Shown here one piece after another: positions 8,535 to 15,937 of a stretch of DNA of 24,000 bases (its first letter is position 1; the number at the start of each line of letters is the position of its first letter). Source of the DNA: Desulfobulbus sp. GTDB lineage: Bacteria; Desulfobacterota; Desulfobulbia; Desulfobulbales; Desulfobulbaceae. The DNA lies in contig JBFWLN010000001.1 of assembly GCA_050252135.1 (NCBI GenBank), forward strand, positions 341,721 to 365,720. Reading direction: 5' to 3'. The notes below the pieces were generated by a model. It saw only the letters and a program-made list of their open reading frames with translations, was not told where the DNA came from and ran no database searches. The position numbers were made by a program, and so were the translations under genes.

Positions 8535-9479
8535 ATGGAAATACTGATCATTGGCGCCGGAGCCATGGGGGGGCTGTTCGCCTCTTTGCTTGCGCCGCTG
8601 GCGAGCGTCTGCCTGATCACCACCAACACCGCCCACGCCGACGCCATCAACCAGAGCGGATTTCTGCTGACCGAATTGGACGGGAACACCACCTCGGTCT
8701 CCGTCCGCGCCATCAGCCAGCCAGCACTCTATCACCAACGGGCCGACCTGATTCTGATCTGCACCAAAGCCGGAGCCACAGAAGCGGCTGCTCATACCGC
8801 CAAGGCAGTTTTGGCCGATAGAGGACTGGTTCTCACCCTGCAAAACGGACTGGGCAACCTGGAACGGATCGGGGCCGTGGTCGGGCCACAGCGAGCGACT
8901 GCCGGGACCACCGCCCAGGCAGCCACCCTGCTCGGGCCCGGACACATCAGGCATGCGGGCCAAGGCTCTACCGTTTTAGCTCCAGCCAGGGGATTTCCCG
9001 ACCAGGGGCGAAAGCTAATACCCATTGCCGAGCTTTTTAACCGGGCCGGCATTATAACCAGCATCACCGAGGATATCGATGCACTGCTCTGGTCAAAACT
9101 AATCGTCAATGTCGGTATCAACGCCCTCACTGCCCTGCTGCGAATCCCCAATGGCGCTTTGCTCCTGTCTCCGGCCAGCGAACAGCTGATGTTCGAGGCT
9201 GTGGACGAGGCCCTTGCCGTGGCCAAGGTTCTCAAAATCAACATCGATTTTGATATTCAGCAGGAGCGGGTCCGCCAGGTCTGCGAACTGACCCGCAACA
9301 ACCGCGCCTCCATGCTCCAAGATATCCTTCGAGGTCGGCCCACGGAGATCGATGTCATCAACGGCACCATCGTCGCCAAAGGCATTGAAGCCAGTATCCC
9401 CACCCCTGTCAACCAAACGCTGACCCGGTTAATCAAGGCCCTGGAATCCACCTCCGCGCAACGGATCGACGCAGTTTAA
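8535..9479 (+). CDS. panE: 2-dehydropantoate 2-reductase (ketopantoate reductase)
   Basis: MEILIIGAGAMGG Rossmann N-terminus, LQNGLG, the C-terminal ASMLQDILRGRPTEIDVINGTIV motif typical of ApbA/PanE, and adjacency to panB. I prefer ATG 8535 over the longer track ORF starting at 8457. Confidence 0.85.
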   Translation: MEILIIGAGAMGGLFASLLAPLASVCLITTNTAHADAINQSGFLLTELDGNTTSVSVRAISQPALYHQRADLILICTKAGATEAAAHTAKAVLADRGLVLTLQNGLGNLERIGAVVGPQRATAGTTAQAATLLGPGHIRHAGQGSTVLAPARGFPDQGRKLIPIAELFNRAGIITSITEDIDALLWSKLIVNVGINALTALLRIPNGALLLSPASEQLMFEAVDEALAVAKVLKINIDFDIQQERVRQVCELTRNNRASMLQDILRGRPTEIDVINGTIVAKGIEASIPTPVNQTLTRLIKALESTSAQRIDAV

Positions 9480-9512
9480 CCCATTGGCAGCCCCTCTTTT
9501 TAAGGAGAATTC

Positions 9513-10355
9513 ATGCAACCCAAAAAGCTGACCATCCCTGATATCAGAAACCGCAAAAACGACACCCCGATCGCCGAGCTGACCGCCTATGATTATCCCT
9601 GGGCCAAGGTTGCAGATACCGCCGGGATCGATGTCGTACTGGTGGGAGACAGTCTGGGCATGGTGGTGCTGGGCTATACGGATACGGTTTCCGTGACCAT
9701 GGAGGAGATGATTCACCACACCAAGGCGGTGGTCCGCGGGGTGGAACGGGCCCTGGTGATAACCGACATGCCTTTTGGTTCCTACAACAGCTCGATTCCA
9801 GCGGCGATCAACAACGCCAACCGTATTCTCAAGGAAGGGCGGGCCGATGCGGTGAAGCTCGAGGGTGGGGTCTCCATGGCCGGAACCGTGGCAGCCATCG
9901 TCAATGCCGGGATTCCGGTGCAGGGACATATCGGCCTCACCCCGCAAACCGCGACCGGCCTCGGCGGCTTCAAGGTCCAGGGGAAAAGCGCTCAGGCGGC
10001 CAAACAGCTGCTCGACGATGCCAAAGCCCTGGAGGATGCAGGTTGTTTTTCCATAGTCCTTGAGGCCATCCCCGCTCCCCTGGCCGAGCGTATCACCCAG
10101 GCCATCTCCATTCCGACCATCGGCATCGGCGCCGGCCCCAACTGTGACGGCCAGGTGCTGGTGATTCACGACCTGGTGGGGTTATACGACCGTTTCACCC
10201 CAAAATTCGTCAAACAGTACGCCAATATCAACGAACCGATCCTGGAGGCCCTGCGCCAGTACAAGGCCGAGGTGGAGAACCGCACCTTTCCCACCGAGGC
10301 CCACAGCTTTACCATGAAATCAGAAGAACTGGACAAACTGCTCCAGCTCTACTGA
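9513..10355 (+). CDS. panB: 3-methyl-2-oxobutanoate hydroxymethyltransferase
   Basis: 280 aa containing LTAYDYP, VLVGDSLGMVVLGY, KLEGG, GHIGLTPQ and IGIGAG, the canonical PanB motifs. Confidence 0.95.
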   Translation: MQPKKLTIPDIRNRKNDTPIAELTAYDYPWAKVADTAGIDVVLVGDSLGMVVLGYTDTVSVTMEEMIHHTKAVVRGVERALVITDMPFGSYNSSIPAAINNANRILKEGRADAVKLEGGVSMAGTVAAIVNAGIPVQGHIGLTPQTATGLGGFKVQGKSAQAAKQLLDDAKALEDAGCFSIVLEAIPAPLAERITQAISIPTIGIGAGPNCDGQVLVIHDLVGLYDRFTPKFVKQYANINEPILEALRQYKAEVENRTFPTEAHSFTMKSEELDKLLQLY

Positions 10356-10416
10356 TCCATATGGCTGGACCACCTAATCCAGCCACCTTCCAATAGAGGA
10401 AGAGGCCTCTGGGAGG

Positions 10417-11649
10417 TTAGGGTTGAAGCACAAAGGTGCCTGCCTTGACCTCCTGATCAATATCCGTCAGGGCTCGCTTCATCTGCTTAAGCGCCTGACG
10501 GATGCGGTTTTCATTTTCCACCAGGGCCAGACGGAGGTAACCGTCACCTTCCTCGCCGAAACCGGCACCAGGTGCCAGGGCAACGTTGGCTCGGTTCATC
10601 ATCTCAATCGAGAATTTCACCGACCCCATGTGGTTGTACGGCTCAGGAATTTTCACCCACAAGAACATACCGGCCTTGGGTATCTCCACCTCCCATCCCA
10701 TACGCATGAGTCCCTCGCAGAGCACATCCCGCCGTTTCTGGTAGATCGCGACCTGTTCGAGAATGGTATCGTCGCAGTCGCGCATGGCCACGATGCCAGC
10801 CACCTGGATTGCCGAGAAGATACCGTAATCATAATAGCCCTTGATCTTGGACAACCCGCCGACCATCTCCTTATTGCCCACGCAGTAACCAAGACGCCAG
10901 CCCGCCATGTTGTAGGATTTGGAAAAGGAGCCGAACTCAACCCCCACATCCAGGCCTCCGGGAATCTCCAAAAGCGAGGGGGCGACGGCTCCGTCGTAGG
11001 TGATTTGAGCGTAGGCGAAATCGTTGATGACCATGAAATTGAACCGCTTGGCCAGCTTGACCATTTCGACAAAGAACTCCCGGGTGGCCAGGGTGCCGGT
11101 GGGGTTATGCGGGTAGTTGAGCATCACCAGTTTGGGCCGGGGATAGAGAGATTGACACATTGAACTCACCTGCCGCAGAAACTCCTCCTCCGACCCCAGA
11201 GGAAACCGGATGACACTGGCCCCGGCAATGACAGCCGCGTAGACATGGATCGGAAAAAAGGGTGAGGGCACCAGGACCGTGTCCCCAGGCCCGAGCAGGG
11301 CCAGGCAGAGATGGGAGATTCCCTCCTTGGAGCCGATGGTACAGATGACATCATCCTCGCCGTTGAGTTCCACTCCGTACTTGCGCTTGTAATAAAGGGC
11401 TATTTCCCGTTTGAGATTCTTCATCCCACCGGCGGCCGGATAGCGGTGGGTTTTAGGGTCGACCGCAACTTCACAGAGTTTTTCGGTGACCCGGTTAGGC
11501 GTGGGATCCATGGGATTGCCCATACCCAGATCGATAACATCGATCCCTTGCCAACGCTTTTCCATCTTTATTTTGTTTATCATTCCGAACAGATACGGCG
11601 GAAGCTGCTGCATTCGCTCGGCGAAACGGATGGTAACCTCGTTATTCAT
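10417..11649 (-). CDS. alaC: Class I/II PLP-dependent aminotransferase, AlaC (YfdZ)-like glutamate-pyruvate aminotransferase
   Basis: Close resemblance along its length to my recollection of E. coli AlaC (LPPY.F, DLGMGNP, IGSKEG, SFSKSYNMAGWRLGY with the PLP lysine). ATG 11649 with AGGAGAG 5 nt upstream is preferred over the TTG at 11664. Confidence 0.85.
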   Translation of the reverse strand: MNNEVTIRFAERMQQLPPYLFGMINKIKMEKRWQGIDVIDLGMGNPMDPTPNRVTEKLCEVAVDPKTHRYPAAGGMKNLKREIALYYKRKYGVELNGEDDVICTIGSKEGISHLCLALLGPGDTVLVPSPFFPIHVYAAVIAGASVIRFPLGSEEEFLRQVSSMCQSLYPRPKLVMLNYPHNPTGTLATREFFVEMVKLAKRFNFMVINDFAYAQITYDGAVAPSLLEIPGGLDVGVEFGSFSKSYNMAGWRLGYCVGNKEMVGGLSKIKGYYDYGIFSAIQVAGIVAMRDCDDTILEQVAIYQKRRDVLCEGLMRMGWEVEIPKAGMFLWVKIPEPYNHMGSVKFSIEMMNRANVALAPGAGFGEEGDGYLRLALVENENRIRQALKQMKRALTDIDQEVKAGTFVLQP

Positions 11650-11709
11650 GACGCTCTCCTGCAATAGTCGTTAGGCCATGGCTGACGCGGCCGGCTTTTC
11701 CGGACAACC

Positions 11710-11740
11710 AAAAAAAAGCCTGAACCATGCGGCCCAGGCG
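11710..11740 (-). terminator. Second of two tandem intrinsic terminators between ilvN and the aminotransferase
   Basis: Minus strand: a GCCTGG..CCAGGC-type hairpin (11718-11739) followed by U8 (plus-strand A-run 11710-11717). Confidence 0.5.
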
Positions 11741-11780
11741 AAAAAAAAAACGCCATGGGCCGGTGTTCCAGTCCATGGCG
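11741..11780 (-). terminator. First of two tandem intrinsic terminators between ilvN and the aminotransferase
   Basis: Minus strand: CGCCATGG...CCATGGCG, an 8-bp perfect stem (11751-11780) that can be extended by 2 bp, followed by U10 (plus-strand A10 at 11741-11750). Confidence 0.7.
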
Positions 11781-11915
11781 AAGTATGCAAAACGGTTTTT
11801 AAATATTATGCAACCGGTCGCCAATGAACTGAGTCCATCGCCGCCGCTGCCGCGATCAATCTATACATACAGAGATCCGGTGGTGTCCTTGAAAGAAAGA
11901 GTTGTTAATGCATCA

Positions 11916-11944
11916 GTAGTAGCGACAAACACCGTTCTTGTCAA
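11916..11944 (-). promoter_or_regulatory. Sigma70-like promoter candidate directed toward the aminotransferase
   Basis: Minus strand: TTGACA (11944-11939), a 17-nt spacer, then TACTAC (11921-11916), immediately after the ilvN stop. Confidence 0.4.
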
Positions 11945-11972
11945 CTGCGGCCTGGAGGGATTCAGGTGAAAT

Positions 11973-12299
11973 TCACACCACCCGCTCCATCATCATCTCC
12001 ATTTCCCGAATTTTGGTCCGGGCATCGTTGCGCTCCTCCACCACAAGCACATCCTCCAGCTTGGCCAGTTGCTTCACCACCTGCTCGAGTTTATCGGTTT
12101 CATCGACCTTGAGCCAGATACAGCTGGTCTCCCCTTGACCGGTGGCATTACAGAAAATGCCCTCCATGTTAAAGGCACGCCGGGCAAAGAGGCCGCAGAT
12201 CTGGGACATCACCCCGGGATGGTTGTTCACTTGCAGACGAAGAATAGTGGTGTGCATGGGCATGGTCTCCATGGGGCTGTTGGTATTAGTTTTGTGCAT
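11973..12299 (-). CDS. ilvN: Acetolactate synthase small (regulatory) subunit, short IlvN type
   Basis: NHPGVMSQICGLFARRAFNMEGIFC and KLEDVLVV closely match my recollection of E. coli IlvN. The gene overlaps the ilvB stop. The start is uncertain: ATG 12299 has GGAG 6 nt upstream, and in-frame ATGs also lie at 12272, 12263 and 12257. Confidence 0.85.
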   Translation of the reverse strand: MHKTNTNSPMETMPMHTTILRLQVNNHPGVMSQICGLFARRAFNMEGIFCNATGQGETSCIWLKVDETDKLEQVVKQLAKLEDVLVVEERNDARTKIREMEMMMERVV

Positions 12300-13968
12300 G
12301 ATGGTCTCCGATCATGGTGGTGTTGGCCGCTCCGGGGGGGACCATGGGGGTTACCTCTTCCTCGATATCCATCGGGATATGGATCAGACAAGGGCCGGGA
12401 TAGCGCATGGCCTCGGCAAGCGCCCTATCCGGATCGGACGCGGTGCCCAGATCATAGGCCTGCATGCCGAAACCACGGGCAATGGCGGCAAAGTCGATCT
12501 TGATCCCGTAGGAGGAGGCAAAATAGTGGCGCTCGTAAAAAAGCCGCTGCTGCTGGCGAACCAGGCCCAGACTTTGGTTATTGAAAACTACAATCTTGAT
12601 CGGGACCTGCTGCTCAACCGCAGTGGCCAGTTCCTGGATATTCATCTGCAGGCTGCCGTCCCCGGTGAAGCAGACCACCGCCCTCCCGGGATGGGCCAGG
12701 GCCGCACCAATGGCCGCCGGCATACCAAAGCCCATGGTCCCCAGCCCGCCCGAGGTCAGCAGTTGCCGTGGAAAAGTGAAGGGATAGGCCTGGGCCACCC
12801 ACATCTGGTGCTTGCCAACATCGGTGCTGACAAGGGCATCGGCCCCGGCCAGTTCCGCCACTTTCCGGATATAAGTAAAGGGTCTGCCGGGCAAGAAATC
12901 ATCGGCATGGTAACGGGGAAAATCCTGTTGCAGCTGAAGAATACGGTCCTTCCACTCCTGTCGCGATTGTGAATCCACCTTGGCCAGGAGGGTTGCAAAG
13001 GCTGTGCGGACATCGGCGGTGATCCCCGCATCGGCTGAGCGTAATTTACCGATCTCACTGGCATCGATGTCCACATGAATAACCTTGGCCTTGGGACAAA
13101 ACGCACTGATCAGACCGGTCGCACGATCATCGAAACGTACGCCCGCAGCAATCAGCAAGTCGCACTCGGCCATGGCCAGATTGGTGGCACGAGTGGCATG
13201 CATCCCCAACATGCCCAAGGAAAGAGGGTGGTCGGTGGGCATGATCCCCAGCCCCATCAGGGTCATAACCGTGGGTATATTGCCCTGCTCGGCCAGCTCT
13301 CGAGCCTCAACTGCAGCACCGGCATGGATAACCCCGCCGCCCAGATAGAGGATCGGCCGTTCGGCATTGTTGATCATGGTTGCAGCCGTTGCGATGTCCT
13401 CGGCATGTCCGTCCTTATTTTCTTCGCGGCTGAACTCTTCCGGCCAGGACTCGAATTCGAGGATCTCCGTCTGCACATTTTTCGGCACATCGATCAGGAC
13501 CGGCCCGGGACGTCCGCTTCCTGCCAGATAAAAGGCTCGAGGCAGGATAGTCAGCAATTCCTGCGCTGAGCGAACCAGATAGTTGTGCTTGGTAACGGGC
13601 AGGGACATACCGTAGGTGTCAACTTCCTGGAAGGCATCGGTGCCCAACAAGGTGCTCGGAACCTGGCCGGTGATGCAGACAACGGGAACGGAGTCCAGAT
13701 AGGCATCGGCCAGGGCGGTGAGAATATTAGTGGCACCTGGGCCGGAGGTGGCGAAGCAGACCCCGACCTCACCGGTTGAGCGGGCCATGCCCTGGGCAAT
13801 GAAGCCTGCGCCCTGCTCGTGGCGGGCCAGTACGTGGCGGAGGGACGAGTTGGTGGCTAGGGCGTCGTAGATAGGCAGATTGGCACCACCCGGGATACCG
13901 CTGATAGTACGAATACCTCGTCTTTCCAAATAACGAATGATGATCTGGGCGCCGTTGAGTCTTGGCAT
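12286..13968 (-). CDS. ilvB: Acetolactate synthase large (catalytic) subunit, ThDP-dependent
   Basis: 560 aa with HEQGAGFIAQGMAR, GPGATN, the ThDP motif GDGSLQMNIQEL...NN, and an RBS AAAGGAGGAA upstream of ATG 13968. Confidence 0.95.
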   Translation of the reverse strand: MPRLNGAQIIIRYLERRGIRTISGIPGGANLPIYDALATNSSLRHVLARHEQGAGFIAQGMARSTGEVGVCFATSGPGATNILTALADAYLDSVPVVCITGQVPSTLLGTDAFQEVDTYGMSLPVTKHNYLVRSAQELLTILPRAFYLAGSGRPGPVLIDVPKNVQTEILEFESWPEEFSREENKDGHAEDIATAATMINNAERPILYLGGGVIHAGAAVEARELAEQGNIPTVMTLMGLGIMPTDHPLSLGMLGMHATRATNLAMAECDLLIAAGVRFDDRATGLISAFCPKAKVIHVDIDASEIGKLRSADAGITADVRTAFATLLAKVDSQSRQEWKDRILQLQQDFPRYHADDFLPGRPFTYIRKVAELAGADALVSTDVGKHQMWVAQAYPFTFPRQLLTSGGLGTMGFGMPAAIGAALAHPGRAVVCFTGDGSLQMNIQELATAVEQQVPIKIVVFNNQSLGLVRQQQRLFYERHYFASSYGIKIDFAAIARGFGMQAYDLGTASDPDRALAEAMRYPGPCLIHIPMDIEEEVTPMVPPGAANTTMIGDHHAQN

Positions 13969-14006
13969 GGTCTGTTCCTCCTTTGGTGTGAGTGTCGCGT
14001 AAGGGC

Positions 14007-14041
14007 AAAAAAAAACCCCCGTCGGCAGGCGCCGACGGGGG
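14007..14041 (-). terminator. Attenuator terminator between the leader peptide and ilvB
   Basis: Minus strand: CCCCCGUCGGC / GCCU loop / GCCGACGGGGG, a perfect 11-bp stem (14016-14041), followed by U9 (plus-strand A9 at 14007-14015). It sits 38 nt upstream of the ilvB ATG. Confidence 0.85.
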
Positions 14042-14069
14042 TTGAATTCACTTGTGTAAACGTTTCCCG

Positions 14070-14168
14070 CTAAGGCGCCTCGAACCGTGCACGCACCACG
14101 ACCACCACACTCACGACCACGAGTGCGAGGGAAACGATGATGTTGCTGATACTGGATACGGTTTTCAT
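14070..14168 (-). CDS. ivbL: Val-rich leader peptide of the ilvBN operon (IvbL-like), 32 aa
   Basis: My own translation of the minus strand gives MKTVSSISNIIVSLALVVVSVVVVVRARFEAP*, with 10 Val, 3 Ile and 2 Leu. It is too short for the ORF track. It is followed by the terminator above. It has the same length and AP end as the E. coli IvbL sequence as I recall it. Confidence 0.75.
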   Translation of the reverse strand: MKTVSSISNIIVSLALVVVSVVVVVRARFEAP

Positions 14169-14184
14169 GGTTGCCTAAACGGAA

Positions 14185-14633
14185 TTATAATTCCCAGAGC
14201 GGGAATGATGATTCTTGATACCCAAGGTTAGCTTTTTCGTCAAGAAGAATGTTTCCTAAAAAAAACAAATAATGTAACAACGGACCAAGATCCTGCTGAT
14301 CAAGCCGAATCAAGCCCTGTGTCCGGGCAGCTCCATGGCGAATCGGTACTCCTCCGTTGTGATTTCCCCGTCCAACTCCGGAAAACCACTCGCGCCCCGC
14401 CACGGGCGACAGCACTGCCCCAGAGGGTACAGTTGGGCAGCCCATGGCCTGCAGTTCAAGCATGCCCTCGACAGAATCGGTTCACCCGCCAGCCGGTCTA
14501 CCTGGCATTGTCGAGGGCAGAATGTGCAGGAGGTCAACAGCGCATGCGTGGTAGCAAACCGCAGCTGCAGCTTACCCGTATCCTGAAAGACTGAGCAGCT
14601 AGGATCATGAAGAGGCTCTCTAACAATTGAATA
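14185..14633 (-). pseudogene. Decayed remnant of a PflX-like (COG1313-type) radical-SAM activase
   Basis: One frame gives ...QDTGKLQLRFATTHALLTSCTFCPRQCQVDRLAGEP, which fits the N-terminal C.LCPR.C.V.R..GE signature. A second frame then gives RFCRG (expected G.C..G). Later fragments are GEITTEEYRFAMEL in the first frame and MLELQAMGC in the third frame. The span is far too short for the ~330-aa enzyme, and I found no intact CxxxCxxC cluster motif. Confidence 0.35.
14215..14243 (-). promoter_or_regulatory. Sigma70-like promoter candidate for the ilvBN leader
   Basis: Minus strand: TTGACG (14243-14238), a 17-nt spacer, then TATCAA (14220-14215). A perfect TATAAT also lies inside the palindrome at 14181-14194. 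Confidence 0.4.
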
Positions 14634-14755
14634 AAAACCGTAGGGCTCTCCAGCATGCAAACGCCCAAAAAACACAACGGAGAAAATAAACTGGCTCAAA
14701 CCAAGCCAGTGCATTACGTTATTCACATCTACCCACTGAACAACAGGAAATATCC

Positions 14756-14944
14756 ATGCAACCGATTTCCTCTTTTCCTCAGGCAGCTTCTCCGAAACCT
14801 TCAGCCGTACCAACGCTGCAAGCGCACCTCACCGAGGCCCCCTGCTGAGGCCCGAAATCGGAGCCCCGGGCCGGGGTTCATGAACGTGCGGGCTATACCC
14901 TTTGTCCTTTTGTCTTAGGTTTTACCCAAACCCTGATTGGCCCG
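14756..14944 (+). other. Candidate N-terminal extension of hgcA, in frame with it and interrupted only by TGA 14846-14848
   Basis: ATG 14756 has AGGAAA 5 nt upstream. Translation: MQPISSFPQAASPKPSAVPTLQAHLTEAPC-TGA-GPKSEPRAGVHERAGYTLCPFVLGFTQTLIGPVPQ..., continuous with hgcA. See the findings. Confidence 0.4.
14858..14883 (+). promoter_or_regulatory. SECIS-like stem-loop candidate downstream of the in-frame TGA
   Basis: GAGCCCC / GGGCC loop / GGGGUUC, a 7-bp stem (14861-14879). A 3-bp lower stem is possible (14858-60 with 14881-83, A14880 bulged). The apical loop starts with GG, 22 nt from the U of UGA. Confidence 0.3.
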
Positions 14945-15928
14945 GTGCCGCAAATTGCCACAACACCAAATCGTCATGATATCTGGGGAACGATTGGTGC
15001 CCGCATCGGCCTCATCCGCAGTCATTATAGGGTTACTCCCGGTCTCTACGCCATAGGATCGCCAGCACCAGAGGATCCTGTCCTGGTCACGGCCAACTAC
15101 AAACTGTCCTTTGACGCCCTCCGCCACCAGCTTACCGGTGTCAATGCATGGATCATGGTGGTCGACACCCGAGGGATCAACGTCTGGTGTGCGGCAGGGA
15201 AAGGTAGTTTTTCTTCCCAGGAGGTCATCGAAAGTATCCAGCGGTTTCAGTTAGGTGAAATAGTTTGCCACCGCGAACTGATCCTGCCGCAACTGGCGGC
15301 AACCGGGGTTTCTGCTCAGGAGGTCAAAAAAGGTTGTGGCTGGTCCATACTTTTTGGCCCCATTCGTGCCTCAGACCTGCGCTGTTACCTCCAACACGGC
15401 AAGGTTGCCGACGAGACCATGCGCGAGGTCACTTTCACCCTCAAAGAACGCCTGGAACTCATTCCAGTGGAATTATTCCTGCTTGGCAAGCCGCTTTTCC
15501 TTCTTTTGCTGCTGGGTTTTGTCCTCTCAGGAATCGGGCCGAATATTTTTTCCTTGAGTAGTGCATGGCACAGAGGGTTGCTGTTTTTCGCTGCCACTCT
15601 CATGGGCATTATCAGCGGAGCCGTTGTCACCCCCGTGTTCCTTCCCTGGCTTCCCTGTCGTCAATTTTGGCTCAAGGGGGCATGGGCATCCTTGCCGGTT
15701 GTGGCCTGTGCGCATGCATTGTTTTCTGCCCTCTCTGGGGCAAATCAACTAGCCCTTTCCCTGTGGATCGTAACAATCAGCTCCTACTTAGCGATGAATT
15801 TCACCGGTTCCACCCCGTTTACCTCCCCTAGCGGGGTTGAGCGGGAAATGCGACGCGGCCTGCCGTGCCAAAGCTTTATTGCCCTGGCAGCATTGGGTCT
15901 TTGGCTGATGGCACCCTTTTGGACTTAA
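14945..15928 (+). CDS. hgcA: Mercury methylation corrinoid protein HgcA (core from the first canonical in-frame start; the true N-terminus is probably upstream)
   Basis: The cap-helix signature GINVWCAAGKG (N(V/I)WCA(A/G)GK), PGLYAIG and VLVTANYKLSFDALR lie in a CFeSP-like domain. About 5 C-terminal TM helices follow. hgcB follows 9 nt later. Confidence 0.9.
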   Translation: MPQIATTPNRHDIWGTIGARIGLIRSHYRVTPGLYAIGSPAPEDPVLVTANYKLSFDALRHQLTGVNAWIMVVDTRGINVWCAAGKGSFSSQEVIESIQRFQLGEIVCHRELILPQLAATGVSAQEVKKGCGWSILFGPIRASDLRCYLQHGKVADETMREVTFTLKERLELIPVELFLLGKPLFLLLLLGFVLSGIGPNIFSLSSAWHRGLLFFAATLMGIISGAVVTPVFLPWLPCRQFWLKGAWASLPVVACAHALFSALSGANQLALSLWIVTISSYLAMNFTGSTPFTSPSGVEREMRRGLPCQSFIALAALGLWLMAPFWT

Positions 15929-15937
15929 GCGAAACAG

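Noticed and set aside
10363-10416. Hairpins between the convergent panB and aminotransferase genes (GGCTGGA...TCCAGCC and the palindrome AGAGGCCTCT) as terminators.
   Set aside because: Neither is followed by a U-run on either strand. They may still act as weak or factor-dependent terminators, but the sequence alone does not support a call.
11642-11824. A 60-aa track ORF on the minus strand inside the aminotransferase leader, and a 10-codon ORF (MDSVHWRPVA) as a possible leader peptide.
   Set aside because: The 60-aa ORF starts at TTG, runs straight through both terminator hairpins and U-runs (the poly-Phe comes from the T-runs), and overlaps the real start. The 10-codon ORF has no SD and no run of regulatory codons.
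14310-14813. The 167-aa track ORF on the minus strand taken as an intact gene, and the 87-aa plus-strand ORF at 14655-14918.
   Set aside because: Only the middle part of the 167-aa ORF has recognisable (radical-SAM N-terminal) similarity. The rest is compositionally odd and would overlap the hgcA 5' region. The 87-aa ORF is basic and proline-rich with no SD, and it lies in a frame overlapping the candidate hgcA extension.
14880-14947. Alternative explanation for the missing hgcA N-terminus. ATG 14880 opens a different frame (MNVRAIPFVLLS*), and the hgcA frame could be restored by a 1-nt indel in the T-run at 14908-14911 or by removing one copy of the near-tandem 8-mer CCTTTGTC/CTTTTGTC (14899-14914).
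   Set aside because: It requires an unobserved sequence error or mutation. The hgcA frame itself is already continuous upstream apart from one TGA, and it reaches an ATG with a better SD (14756). I keep it as a fallback hypothesis, to be tested by resequencing and orthologue alignment.
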